DNA of 64,000 bases, from positions 29,134-93,133 of the IMG/VR virus record IMGVR_UViG_3300014208_001433. One strand, written 5' to 3'. The translations under genes and the position numbers were made by a program. Below, piece by piece: positions 20,601-29,481 of the stretch; position 1 is the stretch's first letter; each line of letters opens with the position of its first letter. The notes below the pieces were generated by a model. That model did no database searches and was not told where the DNA came from. It was given only the letters and a program-made list of their open reading frames with translations. This DNA comes from a virus.

Positions 20601-23600
20601 ACCGGAAAAGATAAGGCGGGCGGGCATACTTGGGCAACGGTACGCAGAATGTATGAACAGGGTAAGGGGATGATTGCTCACGGAGTTGGATTAGGGAAAA
20701 CTTTGGAGGCATTAACTTTAACTTTATTAAGTAAAGAAACCGGAAGAGCAAATAAGCCTTGTATTGTTTCTCCGAAATCAGTTTTATTAAATTGGGTTGC
20801 AGAAATTGAGAAGTGGACACATGGAGTAAATTATTTATTAGTCGGTTATTCCAAAAAAAATGAAAGCGAAGGATGGACGGAAGAAAATACGATAGAAGAT
20901 AGCCGCGAAGTAAAAGAATTGAAGTTGCAACGTGCGGCGAACGAAGATTTTGACATGATTTTGATGAGTAGGGATTTATTCGGTACAATTGACTTTTCGC
21001 CGGAAACGAAAAAGAATATGCTTAATGAATTGATGGATAAGTATTACCCGGAGGGGAACCGGTTATCAACATTCTCTGATGGAGATAGTAAGTACGCGAA
21101 GAATGTGAAAAAGAAAAGAGATACGTTGTTAAGAAATCTTTCCGAAATGATGGACATACCGGAACCATTGGGAGGAGTTTATCTTGACAACATAGGAATA
21201 GATATGTTGGTAAGGGATGAAGCGCACGACACGAAGAACTTATTAGTACCGATGGAAAGTGAAATTAGCGGAGTGAACAGCAGTACATCCCAACGAGCGA
21301 TGCACAATTTATTTGCAAGCAAGATCATACGCGGACAAAATAATGATATGGGATATTTTGGGTTGACGGCAACACCGATAAGTAATTCACCGTTAGAAGT
21401 TTTTAATATGATGGTGCCGTTTGCAGAGAAGGAACTTGAAAAATTACAAGTCCAAAATATGGATGACTTTGTTAGCAGGTTTGCCGACATTGATAATATC
21501 CCAACCACAAGTGCAGACGGAAGAGTTATAGTAAAGAATAAATTCTCGGGCTGGAAGTCGGCCGAGGCATTAAGAAACACTTTCTTTAGATTTGTTGATT
21601 ATAAGACAAAAGATGATGTTGAAAGCGTAAAGGCAAATATAAAATTCCCAAAAGAGAAAGCGGCAAATGTGCTGAGTGATTTGAATGAAGGGCAAAAAGA
21701 AATAGTGAAGCATTGCAAGTTAAGGTTATGGATGTTAAGCAGCCGTGTATTTGATAAGGATAATAAGACATGGGATTTTAATGCTGACAAGTTACAAGAA
21801 AAAGTAGGTGAGGGATTAATTAGCCAGGACGAAGCAACGGAAGTTTTGAATTATTTTAATGATGAATATTTACCTAAATATGAAGCATTGAATGCGAGGC
21901 TTGGTCCGGACGATACACCGAATGACGATCACTTTTTTAAAGTGCAGCAGGATCTAATTAAAGCAACGAGTGATCTGCCCTGGTATAAAGATAAGCACAG
22001 CGAATATTCAAAAGAAGTTGATGATGATTTGGTTAAACAACATAGCGATTTAAAGAAGTTCGCGCAGTTGAATGAGAGCGCATTATCAATACATAAGAGC
22101 GGGGGGAAGCAAATTATCTTTGCCATCAACACGGCATTGCACGAAAAGATCAAAAATGATTTAGTGAAATCGGGAATACCGGAAAATGAAATAGTAATTG
22201 TAAACGGGAAAACGGTGAGCAGCTCGAGTAAAAGATTGCAGATAAGCAAAGCTTACAATGATGGGAAATATAAGGTAGTAATAGGCAATTACGCAACTAT
22301 GGGAGAGGGATTAAATTTTAACTATATGACAAGCGATATTCACCATTTGCAACCGGCTTGGAACCATTTACAGATAGAACAGGGGAACGGAAGAGGGATA
22401 CGGCAAGGGAATCCATTAGACAGTGTAAATACGCATTACTATTTAACGAAGGGGAGTATTGACGGATTTATGAATACCAAGATTATGGATAAGGCGGGAA
22501 TGGTTGATAAGTTCTTAAAGGGTGAAACGAGCCGTTGGGATGACGAGGTTCAGCTAGAGGCGGATGAAATGATGATTGAGTTAGCCGATAATCCGGAACA
22601 AGCAAAGGCATTATTAGCTTTCAGAAATAAAAAATTACAAGATGCACTTGCAGAGCAGCAACGGCAATCTAACTATAAACAGTTGGATAGATTGTATGAA
22701 GTGAAAAGAAAAAAATCGGGAATGGCAGAAAAAACTTCTAAACAATATCAGATGATGGAACAGGAAGAAAGAAGTTTAACGGAAAAACTTATTGAAGCTA
22801 ATTTTGAGCATAAAGGAAAACTTGATTATGATAGAACACCGGTAATACTACCAGGGATAAATAAAGTAATCCCGGTAGGTGGTATTTTAGAGGGGAAAAG
22901 CGGAGAGTTTTATGTTGTTGAAGATTATGCGCCATCGACCCAAAGAGTGAAGATAAGAACGTATAAAGCCGGAACGCAGGGTGATATGGTGGGAACCCGT
23001 GCGATAAGTGCAAAAGAACTAGACAAAGAATTTAACGCATTACATAAAGAAACCGACTTAGATTTGGGAGGGATGTTCAAAAAAATTATTGATGATAATG
23101 AAGAAGTTGGAATTAATTTTATTAGCAAAATCCCAAAGGAAATTTTGCAAATAAATAAAGTTAAACTGCTTGAGAAACTTAACAATACCGATGAAGTATT
23201 ATATCAGACCATGGACGGTGATTTCAAAGTTGCAGATTACGAAAGCGCAAAGGATGAAATTGCAACCGAAGGAGGGAAGATAATTTTTCCGCAAGAGAAA
23301 CCGGAATTCCCGAAAATATTAAATGAATTGATAAAACTGCATAAACCAAAGCAAAATTGGGGAGAGGGTTATTATCAATTTAGAAAATATAAGAATTTTG
23401 CAACTTCTATTTATGGTGAGAACTATGAGAACGCAATTAAGAAAGAGATCAAACGGTTAAACGGTGAAGCAACTGAAACAAGTTTTGCCATCCATACAAC
23501 CGGCGCGAAATATAAAAAGACATTGAAGGATTTAGCCGATAATGGATATATGAATGATTACACTTATAAAAGGATAATGCAAGGTAAAGCTTATGATGAA

Positions 23601-23813
23601 TTATCAGAATTTAGTAACGCGCTTAGGGCGGAGTTTTTTGATAATTATAATATAAGACAACAAGATAAACACGGCGATTATTGGCTTGAATCCGGGAAGA
23701 TAACACCCGAGATGTTAGATAGGGCGCGGGCAATTGATGAGATAAAGAGTGATGACAACAAAGATTTATTAGAGGATATACTTACAAATAAACTAAGAGG
23801 AGAAGCGGCATAA
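17697..23813 (+). CDS. DarB-like methyltransferase + SF2/SNF2 helicase polyvalent protein (2038 aa)
   Basis: LAQYTGRGGL, NEFYT, VLEPSMGTGIF, VGNCPFG, HEQYFI, AHGVGLGKT (Walker A), DEAH, LTATPISNSPLE and EQGNGRGIRQGN; architecture of P1 DarB. Confidence 0.85.
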   Translation: MKLFGMTIAKSKDKPKLLKAFGVILKAFGTQLGMFNDEVIEGQTKQKDGHSYVVKRSNKNPLVKRLFRADKEESKPKELSLFDKKVTVGSRQSAVGNRAESKPPKAEPIRHTEQPEAKDDLFNQPKEERKEPKAEIKVVKGKKNRKEINAKVEELLKTKKNDEMSAEDVELLAQYTGRGGLLGDTLEDISLNEFYTRKDEAEFIWDMIGKLGFKGGNVLEPSMGTGIFVETAPEKALVTGIEIEETSGRIGQILHGNEHDIRIQSFEQFVKDYDNMGADLEGGEYDAIVGNCPFGKRGLSAMDDREKSDIKFHEQYFIDRGLDMLKPGGIMAMIVPTSIMDNQLNQWRGEVNKKGEFLGAIRVPTGAFKHTDAQVTTDIVFFKKRPPEVIDHLNKLSKEELGEAYDDMVMDADFVSGNFFKNNPEYALGTETSGMFGMKIWKGDITKADLEKVGELLNHEARDYSSLGIDVSKYGELEKELEPGDVKILNGRTYILNKNHRWERLKDQEVVLQNLPEDIKKLGITSWDEWRIKSEDTAYLYGLDKDQLKLFGQTRIVNELDGYNGKNDFQTEYLTKGVVLGLAVKDFRKELQDGRLSAEEAQMEAGKLKILLKDFIEKYGHPIENLKLNKFFKNSGNAPLLNLAGSYDKNGNTIKMFDDPLSFYKVYQTKSEIGTVDRNNIVSVIGFLFANNFPTDYQTVRGEYEGDGDIERELAYSDEIYFDEEGNYKPKEEVLYGYIYEKIDAWEKQRTELKKESKNEKLSDKEKELNAQKMRKLEDQIIEAKTRANIREIKQLPIMLSDAGSIYDIGILNKYLEEKIGAHFLGELRKDEKSGFILPVDESSAKLYLSYADITKEGKSTDVKRELRDLFNKDEHPLLFMILNKMNGLGLPALRTEEGIAKKEQVLQLETDFKQYLSDSEEADKIADTYNRLFNSYIQKTYDEKPIEGIKHFAYDRVVGKDASGKDITGKDKAGGHTWATVRRMYEQGKGMIAHGVGLGKTLEALTLTLLSKETGRANKPCIVSPKSVLLNWVAEIEKWTHGVNYLLVGYSKKNESEGWTEENTIEDSREVKELKLQRAANEDFDMILMSRDLFGTIDFSPETKKNMLNELMDKYYPEGNRLSTFSDGDSKYAKNVKKKRDTLLRNLSEMMDIPEPLGGVYLDNIGIDMLVRDEAHDTKNLLVPMESEISGVNSSTSQRAMHNLFASKIIRGQNNDMGYFGLTATPISNSPLEVFNMMVPFAEKELEKLQVQNMDDFVSRFADIDNIPTTSADGRVIVKNKFSGWKSAEALRNTFFRFVDYKTKDDVESVKANIKFPKEKAANVLSDLNEGQKEIVKHCKLRLWMLSSRVFDKDNKTWDFNADKLQEKVGEGLISQDEATEVLNYFNDEYLPKYEALNARLGPDDTPNDDHFFKVQQDLIKATSDLPWYKDKHSEYSKEVDDDLVKQHSDLKKFAQLNESALSIHKSGGKQIIFAINTALHEKIKNDLVKSGIPENEIVIVNGKTVSSSSKRLQISKAYNDGKYKVVIGNYATMGEGLNFNYMTSDIHHLQPAWNHLQIEQGNGRGIRQGNPLDSVNTHYYLTKGSIDGFMNTKIMDKAGMVDKFLKGETSRWDDEVQLEADEMMIELADNPEQAKALLAFRNKKLQDALAEQQRQSNYKQLDRLYEVKRKKSGMAEKTSKQYQMMEQEERSLTEKLIEANFEHKGKLDYDRTPVILPGINKVIPVGGILEGKSGEFYVVEDYAPSTQRVKIRTYKAGTQGDMVGTRAISAKELDKEFNALHKETDLDLGGMFKKIIDDNEEVGINFISKIPKEILQINKVKLLEKLNNTDEVLYQTMDGDFKVADYESAKDEIATEGGKIIFPQEKPEFPKILNELIKLHKPKQNWGEGYYQFRKYKNFATSIYGENYENAIKKEIKRLNGEATETSFAIHTTGAKYKKTLKDLADNGYMNDYTYKRIMQGKAYDELSEFSNALRAEFFDNYNIRQQDKHGDYWLESGKITPEMLDRARAIDEIKSDDNKDLLEDILTNKLRGEAA

Positions 23814-24187
23814 TGGAACTAAAAGAAAAAACAATTGAGGATAGCAGCAAGTCATTTGTGGATAAATTCAAATGGGAGGGGATGAGTGAAGAAGGATATA
23901 AACAAGCGAATACCGCCCTAGCTGATTATAACAAAAAAATGTGTGACGAAATTGATTTCTCAGAAGCGGGGAATGGATTCCCAAGAATAATATTAGGTGA
24001 TATTGAGTTTATGGTTCTCCCCTACCACAGAATAAAGCATTTTGCAACTGACCATGGTACTGCCGGAACAATTGGTTTTGGTAGTGGGAAATATTTATTA
24101 AAAGAGTGTACACTGATGCCCGCAATTTGTGACCCGGAATGTAATTTTGCAATTGCTCCAGCACAAAAGAAAATAGAGGAGAAATAG
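23813..24187 (+). CDS. Hypothetical protein
   Basis: TAATG-coupled to the DarB-like gene. Confidence 0.6.
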   Translation: MELKEKTIEDSSKSFVDKFKWEGMSEEGYKQANTALADYNKKMCDEIDFSEAGNGFPRIILGDIEFMVLPYHRIKHFATDHGTAGTIGFGSGKYLLKECTLMPAICDPECNFAIAPAQKKIEEK

Positions 24188-24191
24188 CATA

Positions 24192-24569
24192 ATGGAACTA
24201 AGAGAGAAAGTTAAGCTATTGCTTAACACGTGGATACAAACGGAAGATGGAACGGGAACTTTTAAGTTGACCGGACCATATTGGGAAGTGCTTTACCCAA
24301 TACTGAAAAAGCACGAACCGGATTTGTTAAAGCAGTATGAAAATAAATTGCAAGAAGTGTTCGAAAACTTTAACGAAGAAATTAGAGAGAAAGTTTCTTC
24401 GGGAGATGAAGAGCAGGACTATGTTAATGCAATTAACTACATGAATGCGCGGGAGAAGCAGTACGCAAATAACGGCGATGTTCATTATGTAGATAATGAC
24501 GGAGATGATTACGCATACATTCCGAATGTAAGCATTGATCAGAATGAACATTTTGGAAGAGAAGTTTAG
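24192..24569 (+). CDS. P1 Ulx-like protein (putative DarB packaging helper)
   Basis: FKLTGPYWEVLYPIL and an acidic C-terminus resemble P1 Ulx as recalled (YGPYWPEIKKLL); downstream of the darB-like gene. Confidence 0.5.
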   Translation: MELREKVKLLLNTWIQTEDGTGTFKLTGPYWEVLYPILKKHEPDLLKQYENKLQEVFENFNEEIREKVSSGDEEQDYVNAINYMNAREKQYANNGDVHYVDNDGDDYAYIPNVSIDQNEHFGREV

Positions 24570-24641
24570 CGGCGTAAAATTACGCCGGAATTAAAAGGAG
24601 CTTGTTCACGGGATACACAAATCTAAAATGTAGGAATAGAG

Positions 24642-25124
24642 ATGGAAGTGTGTGACGTAGACGAGGAAGTGTTAGAAAAGTTAATAAAAGAATTTACTGA
24701 TGAATTTGGTGAAGAAGTGCTTAAGGAGGTTTACCGATTTCACCGGAAATTAGCTAATAAAATGTATGTGAAGAATTTTCCGGCAGCGGAAATTTATCAT
24801 AGACTTTTGATTAAAGATATCCGCAATGGTAAGTATGCAAATATGAGTGTACGTGCAATTGCGGCGATTGAAAAGGTTAGTGAAGGTACGATCTATAACA
24901 TTATCGGGAAAGCGTGTAGAGTTAAGAAACCGATTTATCAATACTCGGTTAGGGGTAAATTAATAAAGAAATGGAACAGCGGAACGGAAATAGAAAAAGA
25001 ATTGGGCTATAATGCAAGTCCAATACGGGCAAGCTGTAGAGAGGGGAACGATAGAGCGACTTATGGTTTTGTTTGGAGATACCAGGAGCTAACGGGAGAA
25101 GAACTTTTGGCAATTAGGAATTAG
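24642..25124 (+). CDS. DNA-binding protein: Mor-like HTH plus NUMOD1-like domain
   Basis: MSVRAIAAIEKVSEGTIYNII helix-turn-helix, then KPIYQYSVRGKLIKKWNS..E....G.....I..SC......YGFVWRY. Confidence 0.65.
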   Translation: MEVCDVDEEVLEKLIKEFTDEFGEEVLKEVYRFHRKLANKMYVKNFPAAEIYHRLLIKDIRNGKYANMSVRAIAAIEKVSEGTIYNIIGKACRVKKPIYQYSVRGKLIKKWNSGTEIEKELGYNASPIRASCREGNDRATYGFVWRYQELTGEELLAIRN

Positions 25125-25167
25125 GATAAAGTTTACATTATTTTTACAAGATAAAAAGGAGCTTCAA

Positions 25168-25455
25168 ATGAGTTATACTAAAATTTCACTATTTGGGGAA
25201 AGAAAAGGCGTTGGAACTTTTGAGACCTTTTTCAACACGGGCAAATACAAATCTATTGATGAGGCAATAAAAATAAATGATTATGTAATAGTAGACTTTG
25301 TAAAAGATGATAAGGGCATAATTTATTTTGAGATAAAACATTCACAACGCCAAAACGAAAGCATATATCACCGCCTTAATATACAGAGACCAATATGTGG
25401 AATTGATGTGTCTGATGATGTTGTTTGTTGTGAAATTGTGGAAACTTTATTATAA
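25168..25455 (+). CDS. Hypothetical protein
   Basis: AAGGAG SD. Confidence 0.6.
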   Translation: MSYTKISLFGERKGVGTFETFFNTGKYKSIDEAIKINDYVIVDFVKDDKGIIYFEIKHSQRQNESIYHRLNIQRPICGIDVSDDVVCCEIVETLL

Positions 25456-25523
25456 AAGTGTAAAGTTTTGGGGTTACATATTTTTCTTACATAATATTTT
25501 ACATATTCTGCATATGTTTTTGG

Positions 25524-25554
25524 AACCTCCGGAGTGAAAGCTTCGGGGGTTTTT
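25524..25554 (+). terminator. Rho-independent terminator
   Basis: aacctccggag-tgaaag-cttcgggggtt followed by a T run. Confidence 0.7.
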
Positions 25555-25566
25555 AGTTTTTAAAGC

Positions 25567-25604
25567 GACCTCATCCCATTTCCCTCTCCTTGCGAAGGAG
25601 AGGG
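25567..25604. repeat. REP-like GC hairpin, copy 2
   Basis: gacctcatccc...ccctctcctt-gcg-aaggagaggg. Confidence 0.75.
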
Positions 25605-25654
25605 TTGGATATTATTTAACACATAAAAGAACCAACCTATTAACAATCTTCAAA

Positions 25655-25690
25655 TTTCAACCCTTCGGAGAAAATCGCATTCCTTAAATA
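25655..25690 (+). promoter_or_regulatory. Putative phage late promoter, copy 2 (protease/capsid)
   Basis: TTTCAACCCTTCGGAGA-N13-TAAATA. Confidence 0.8.
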
Positions 25691-25715
25691 TGCAATAAAA
25701 AAAGAGTGAACAATT

Positions 25716-27092
25716 TTGAATAACACGTTTGAATTTTTTGCACCGGCTTATTTGGTTAAAAGCGGAAGTAAAACCGAACCTTACAAGGTTGGCGGAACAA
25801 TTTCTACAGAGAACCGGGATACTGATAATGAAATAATGAAGAGTATCGATTGGAGTTATTTCACTTCCGGTTTTGGCAAAATTAAATACGAACATAAGGA
25901 TATCCCAGAACCGCATTGTTTTATTGGCTTTCCGACAAAGTTAGGGAAGAGCGGGAAATCATGGAACTTTGAAGGAGAACTTGTTGCATACGATCCGGAA
26001 TTGCCGGATGAGAAATTAACACAACAGCAAAAACTTGCAAAAAGCACGGTTACTCTTTTACAGCACATGGATGAATTTAATAAACGTCATCCAAATGCGA
26101 TGCAAAAAGCGGGATGGAGTGTTGAGGGAGAATATTTGTCGAAAAGCAAGGACGGGGTTGTTTCGGCAAGAGTTGTAAATGTAGTATTTACAACTAAACC
26201 ACGGAACAGAGAAACGTTTGCAAAATTAGTTAAGAGTTTAGAAGTGGGGTATGGAATGACACCCGATACACAAACGGGATTTGGGGCGACAAGAAAAGAA
26301 TCAATTGATCATAACATTAAACTAAATGGAGTTACAAAAATGGAAACGAAAAATGATGTGTACAAAAAATGCTTAGCCAAAGGGATGAAACCGGAAGAGG
26401 CTAAGAAAGCGGCTGATGAATTTGAAGCAAAGCAAAAAGGAGAGATGAACGAAAGTTTTGAGACCGCTGCAAAATCATTGGGCACGGCGAAATTATCTCT
26501 TCAAAAATCGCTTGATACAGCTAAATCAATCTCTGAAATAGAGTTTGAAGTTGATATTAAAGCGCAGGAAAAAAGTTTGCAAAAATCAATCGCGCTGATG
26601 AACAAAGGCGGAGAAGAAGCAGATATTTCCGATTACCTTGAAAAATCCTCTGAAATTTCTTTGAACGCATTGAAAGCGCTGGACGCAATTAATCAAAAAG
26701 TTGATCTGTTGGCAAAATCGATTGTTCTTTTAGCAGAAGGACAGTTGAATCAAGTCTCAGGTGATGAACATTTGGTAAAATCTCTTGATTTGGTGAATAA
26801 CCAAGTTGAAGATCAACGGATGGGACTTTTAACCTTGGTGAGCAAGCTTAGAAAAAGTACCGGCAATAATTTGTTGACCGACAATATCACTTTTGCTGAA
26901 AACAACAAGGATTTAGGGACAGGCGTAGAACTTAACAAAGCGCAAAAAGTAAAAGTGCTTGAAAAATTGGTTGCGGAAAAATCGGTTGACGAAATTGTTT
27001 TGGTTGACTTTAGCGCCGGTGGTACACAGGCAACTTTGCCGGAATCGGTTGAACAGTTGGTGAAATCAAAAGCTGTTGACATGTTCAAGTAA
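25716..27092 (+). CDS. Prohead protease fused to a scaffold-like domain
   Basis: ST.NRD.DNE, IKYEH, GWSVEG and VVFTTKPRN protease motifs; helical C-terminal half with many xxKS motifs; directly precedes the capsid gene. Confidence 0.85.
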   Translation: MNNTFEFFAPAYLVKSGSKTEPYKVGGTISTENRDTDNEIMKSIDWSYFTSGFGKIKYEHKDIPEPHCFIGFPTKLGKSGKSWNFEGELVAYDPELPDEKLTQQQKLAKSTVTLLQHMDEFNKRHPNAMQKAGWSVEGEYLSKSKDGVVSARVVNVVFTTKPRNRETFAKLVKSLEVGYGMTPDTQTGFGATRKESIDHNIKLNGVTKMETKNDVYKKCLAKGMKPEEAKKAADEFEAKQKGEMNESFETAAKSLGTAKLSLQKSLDTAKSISEIEFEVDIKAQEKSLQKSIALMNKGGEEADISDYLEKSSEISLNALKALDAINQKVDLLAKSIVLLAEGQLNQVSGDEHLVKSLDLVNNQVEDQRMGLLTLVSKLRKSTGNNLLTDNITFAENNKDLGTGVELNKAQKVKVLEKLVAEKSVDEIVLVDFSAGGTQATLPESVEQLVKSKAVDMFK

Positions 27093-27160
27093 GAAAATGT
27101 TAATACATAAGAAAAATTAACAAGTAACTTTTAATAATATAAAAAATTGGAGTAAATAAA

Positions 27161-28594
27161 ATGGACGATTTAATGTTTGGCGAACTTGCCGTAAACGGAT
27201 CAGCTTATGGCGGCGCATCAACAGTAAAAGAACTCCAGGACTTAGCCAAAGCTCTTGAGGTTGGTTATGCGATGGGGACAACGGACCAAACCGGATTTGG
27301 AGCCACAAGACTTGAAAGCCTTGACCCGGTTGTAAAATGGCTTACCCTAAACGAATCTTCCCCGGCATTCTTTAGAGCAATACGAAAAGGGAAGGCTTCC
27401 AGCACGGTTGAAGAATTTGTAACCATGAATGAGGTAGGAGATGCTAATTTTTATTCTGAAGGCGGATTACCGGACGAATATGATGAAGATATCCGAAGAG
27501 AATTTGAGCAGGTAAAATACATCGGAACCGTAGGTAAAATTCCTTTGCAGGCTTTAATGGTAAAAAGCAATACCAATAACGAAGCGCTTGTTACAAGAGC
27601 CAAAGCACTTGCGATAATGAAAACCGCAGATAGCAAAATAATCTATGGTGATGCTGCTCGTAATCCTTACGAATGGAATGGTTATTACAAACAATTTAAA
27701 ACAAAAGCAAAGAATGTAAGCCAAAACACAATTGATTTGCGCGGTAAACGTGTTAGACCGGAAACCTTAAATGAATCGGTACAAATTATTGCCGATAACT
27801 GGGGAAACGCAAATAACGTAAAATGCTGGATGAGCGCCAAAGATTTTCAATTTTATACCGATGAATTGTTAGCCGGTAGAAGATTTGTGGTAGGAAGTTC
27901 TGAAGCCCGTGATCTTATCGCTTCCGCGAAAAGATTTGAACTTGGGAACGGAAAAGGAAATATTGAAACCGATATTCTTTTGAAATACAAGGGTCAAAAT
28001 TATATAGGCGCAGAGTATCCTAAAACAAACACCGCGATGACAGTATTTGCAGCAACAAACAGCAAAGCACCAGCCACCCTTAACTCAAGCACTGCAACTA
28101 TTTCAGTTGATACTGATGCAGCTACCTTGCTTGACGCAGCAACTTACGATTACGCATTTGTACCGGTTAATAAATACGGTGCGGGCGCAGCATTTGAAGT
28201 TAAAACAAACGTTGTTGCAGCTTCTAAACGCTGTACTTTTACCTTAACTGATAACGGTTCACCTTCAGGACAAGAAGCAACAAGTTTTGATATTTACCGT
28301 AAACTTTCATCCGCAACTGCAATTACAAGTTATAGATATTTAACTTCGTTTACAGCAGCCGAAGCAAAGATCGATAACGGTGAATGGATACCGGGAGCGA
28401 CTAATATTTTCTTATGGGATTGGGACTTTGAACAAGTACTCGATTTCCGTCAATTACTGCCAATGACTAAGATGGGATTGGCTCAAATTGATGATTCCAA
28501 GAGATGGATGCAAAAATTATGGGCAGTGCCGATTCTTGTAGCACCAAACAAAATGGTGATGATAAAGAACGCGGGTTCTACTGCTTGGGCTTAA
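27161..28594 (+). CDS. Major capsid protein (SPO1/Twort-like)
   Basis: KALEVGY...QTGFGATRLESLD N-terminus, ASSTVEEF, IDLRGK, inserted beta domain (YDYAFVPVNKYG...FDIYRK), QLLPMTKMGLA and IKN C-terminus. Confidence 0.9.
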   Translation: MDDLMFGELAVNGSAYGGASTVKELQDLAKALEVGYAMGTTDQTGFGATRLESLDPVVKWLTLNESSPAFFRAIRKGKASSTVEEFVTMNEVGDANFYSEGGLPDEYDEDIRREFEQVKYIGTVGKIPLQALMVKSNTNNEALVTRAKALAIMKTADSKIIYGDAARNPYEWNGYYKQFKTKAKNVSQNTIDLRGKRVRPETLNESVQIIADNWGNANNVKCWMSAKDFQFYTDELLAGRRFVVGSSEARDLIASAKRFELGNGKGNIETDILLKYKGQNYIGAEYPKTNTAMTVFAATNSKAPATLNSSTATISVDTDAATLLDAATYDYAFVPVNKYGAGAAFEVKTNVVAASKRCTFTLTDNGSPSGQEATSFDIYRKLSSATAITSYRYLTSFTAAEAKIDNGEWIPGATNIFLWDWDFEQVLDFRQLLPMTKMGLAQIDDSKRWMQKLWAVPILVAPNKMVMIKNAGSTAWA

Positions 28595-28618
28595 CGGATT
28601 AACAAACAAACAAATTTC

Positions 28619-28653
28619 TATTCCCCTCTTCCGTTTATGCGGCGGAGGGGAAT
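28619..28653 (+). terminator. Hairpin after the capsid gene
   Basis: tattcccctc..ccg/cgg..gaggggaata; no strong U tract. Confidence 0.5.
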
Positions 28654-28680
28654 AAATTAAAACACATCAGAGGCTAAAAA

Positions 28681-29112
28681 ATGGTTAAGCATACATACCT
28701 TAAAAATTTAACGTTAAATGTACCAACTTCCGTTAACAGTACGGGCAAACTTCACTTGGATGAAGACGGTTGTATAGTTGAGGAATTGAGTTTTGAGCAA
28801 GAGAGCGAATTGATTGATCACCCGGATTTTGTTACAGTAGAAAGTGAAAAGTCGCAAGTAGAAAGCAAAGAGTTGCAATCCGCCGAAGGCGGAGAAAGTA
28901 ACGATCAAGAGAACAACCAAGAGCAAGAAGAAAAAACCGCAGAGCAAGAGAGCGGAGAAAATTCTGAAGGGAAAGCCGGGGAACAATCCGAAGACGAACT
29001 AAAAGAATTGGATACTAAAATTGTAAACGGGAAAGGGTTCATCTACAAGAAAAACGTGAAAGATGTTTTGATGTGGTTACGGCATCCAGAGCTTGATGAA
29101 AAGGGTAAATAA
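28681..29112 (+). CDS. Acidic hypothetical protein (head module)
   Basis: GAGG SD; Glu/Gln-rich linker. Confidence 0.6.
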   Translation: MVKHTYLKNLTLNVPTSVNSTGKLHLDEDGCIVEELSFEQESELIDHPDFVTVESEKSQVESKELQSAEGGESNDQENNQEQEEKTAEQESGENSEGKAGEQSEDELKELDTKIVNGKGFIYKKNVKDVLMWLRHPELDEKGK

Positions 29113-29472
29113 ATGTTGGTAATAGAAGTGTTGATTTATCTTGCCGCTGTTTTTTTGTTGACGGCGTTTGGAGCGTTACTTTATATTGTATTGACTAATC
29201 CGTACAGAGATAAATTATTAAAAAGATTAGATACAATGTTATGCGAGAAAGACGGTTTTTGGAGTAGTACCCGTTTCAGATTTCTCTTGGAAACACTTAT
29301 TGCTAACGCATCATTTTGGGGATTGGTAATTTATCTAACCATAAAGAACAGCAAATTTCCCAACATCCCGGAAAGCATTTTAATTGCTTACGGAGGCATA
29401 CAGATAATTTCAGCAGTATTAAAATTTAAACAGAAAACCGTTGAGACGGAAGAACCGGCAGAAGAGAAGTAG
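29113..29472 (+). CDS. Putative holin
   Basis: 119 aa with about 3 TM segments, a WSSTR motif and a charged C-terminus. Confidence 0.5.
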   Translation: MLVIEVLIYLAAVFLLTAFGALLYIVLTNPYRDKLLKRLDTMLCEKDGFWSSTRFRFLLETLIANASFWGLVIYLTIKNSKFPNIPESILIAYGGIQIISAVLKFKQKTVETEEPAEEK

Positions 29473-29481
29473 AGATGTGCA

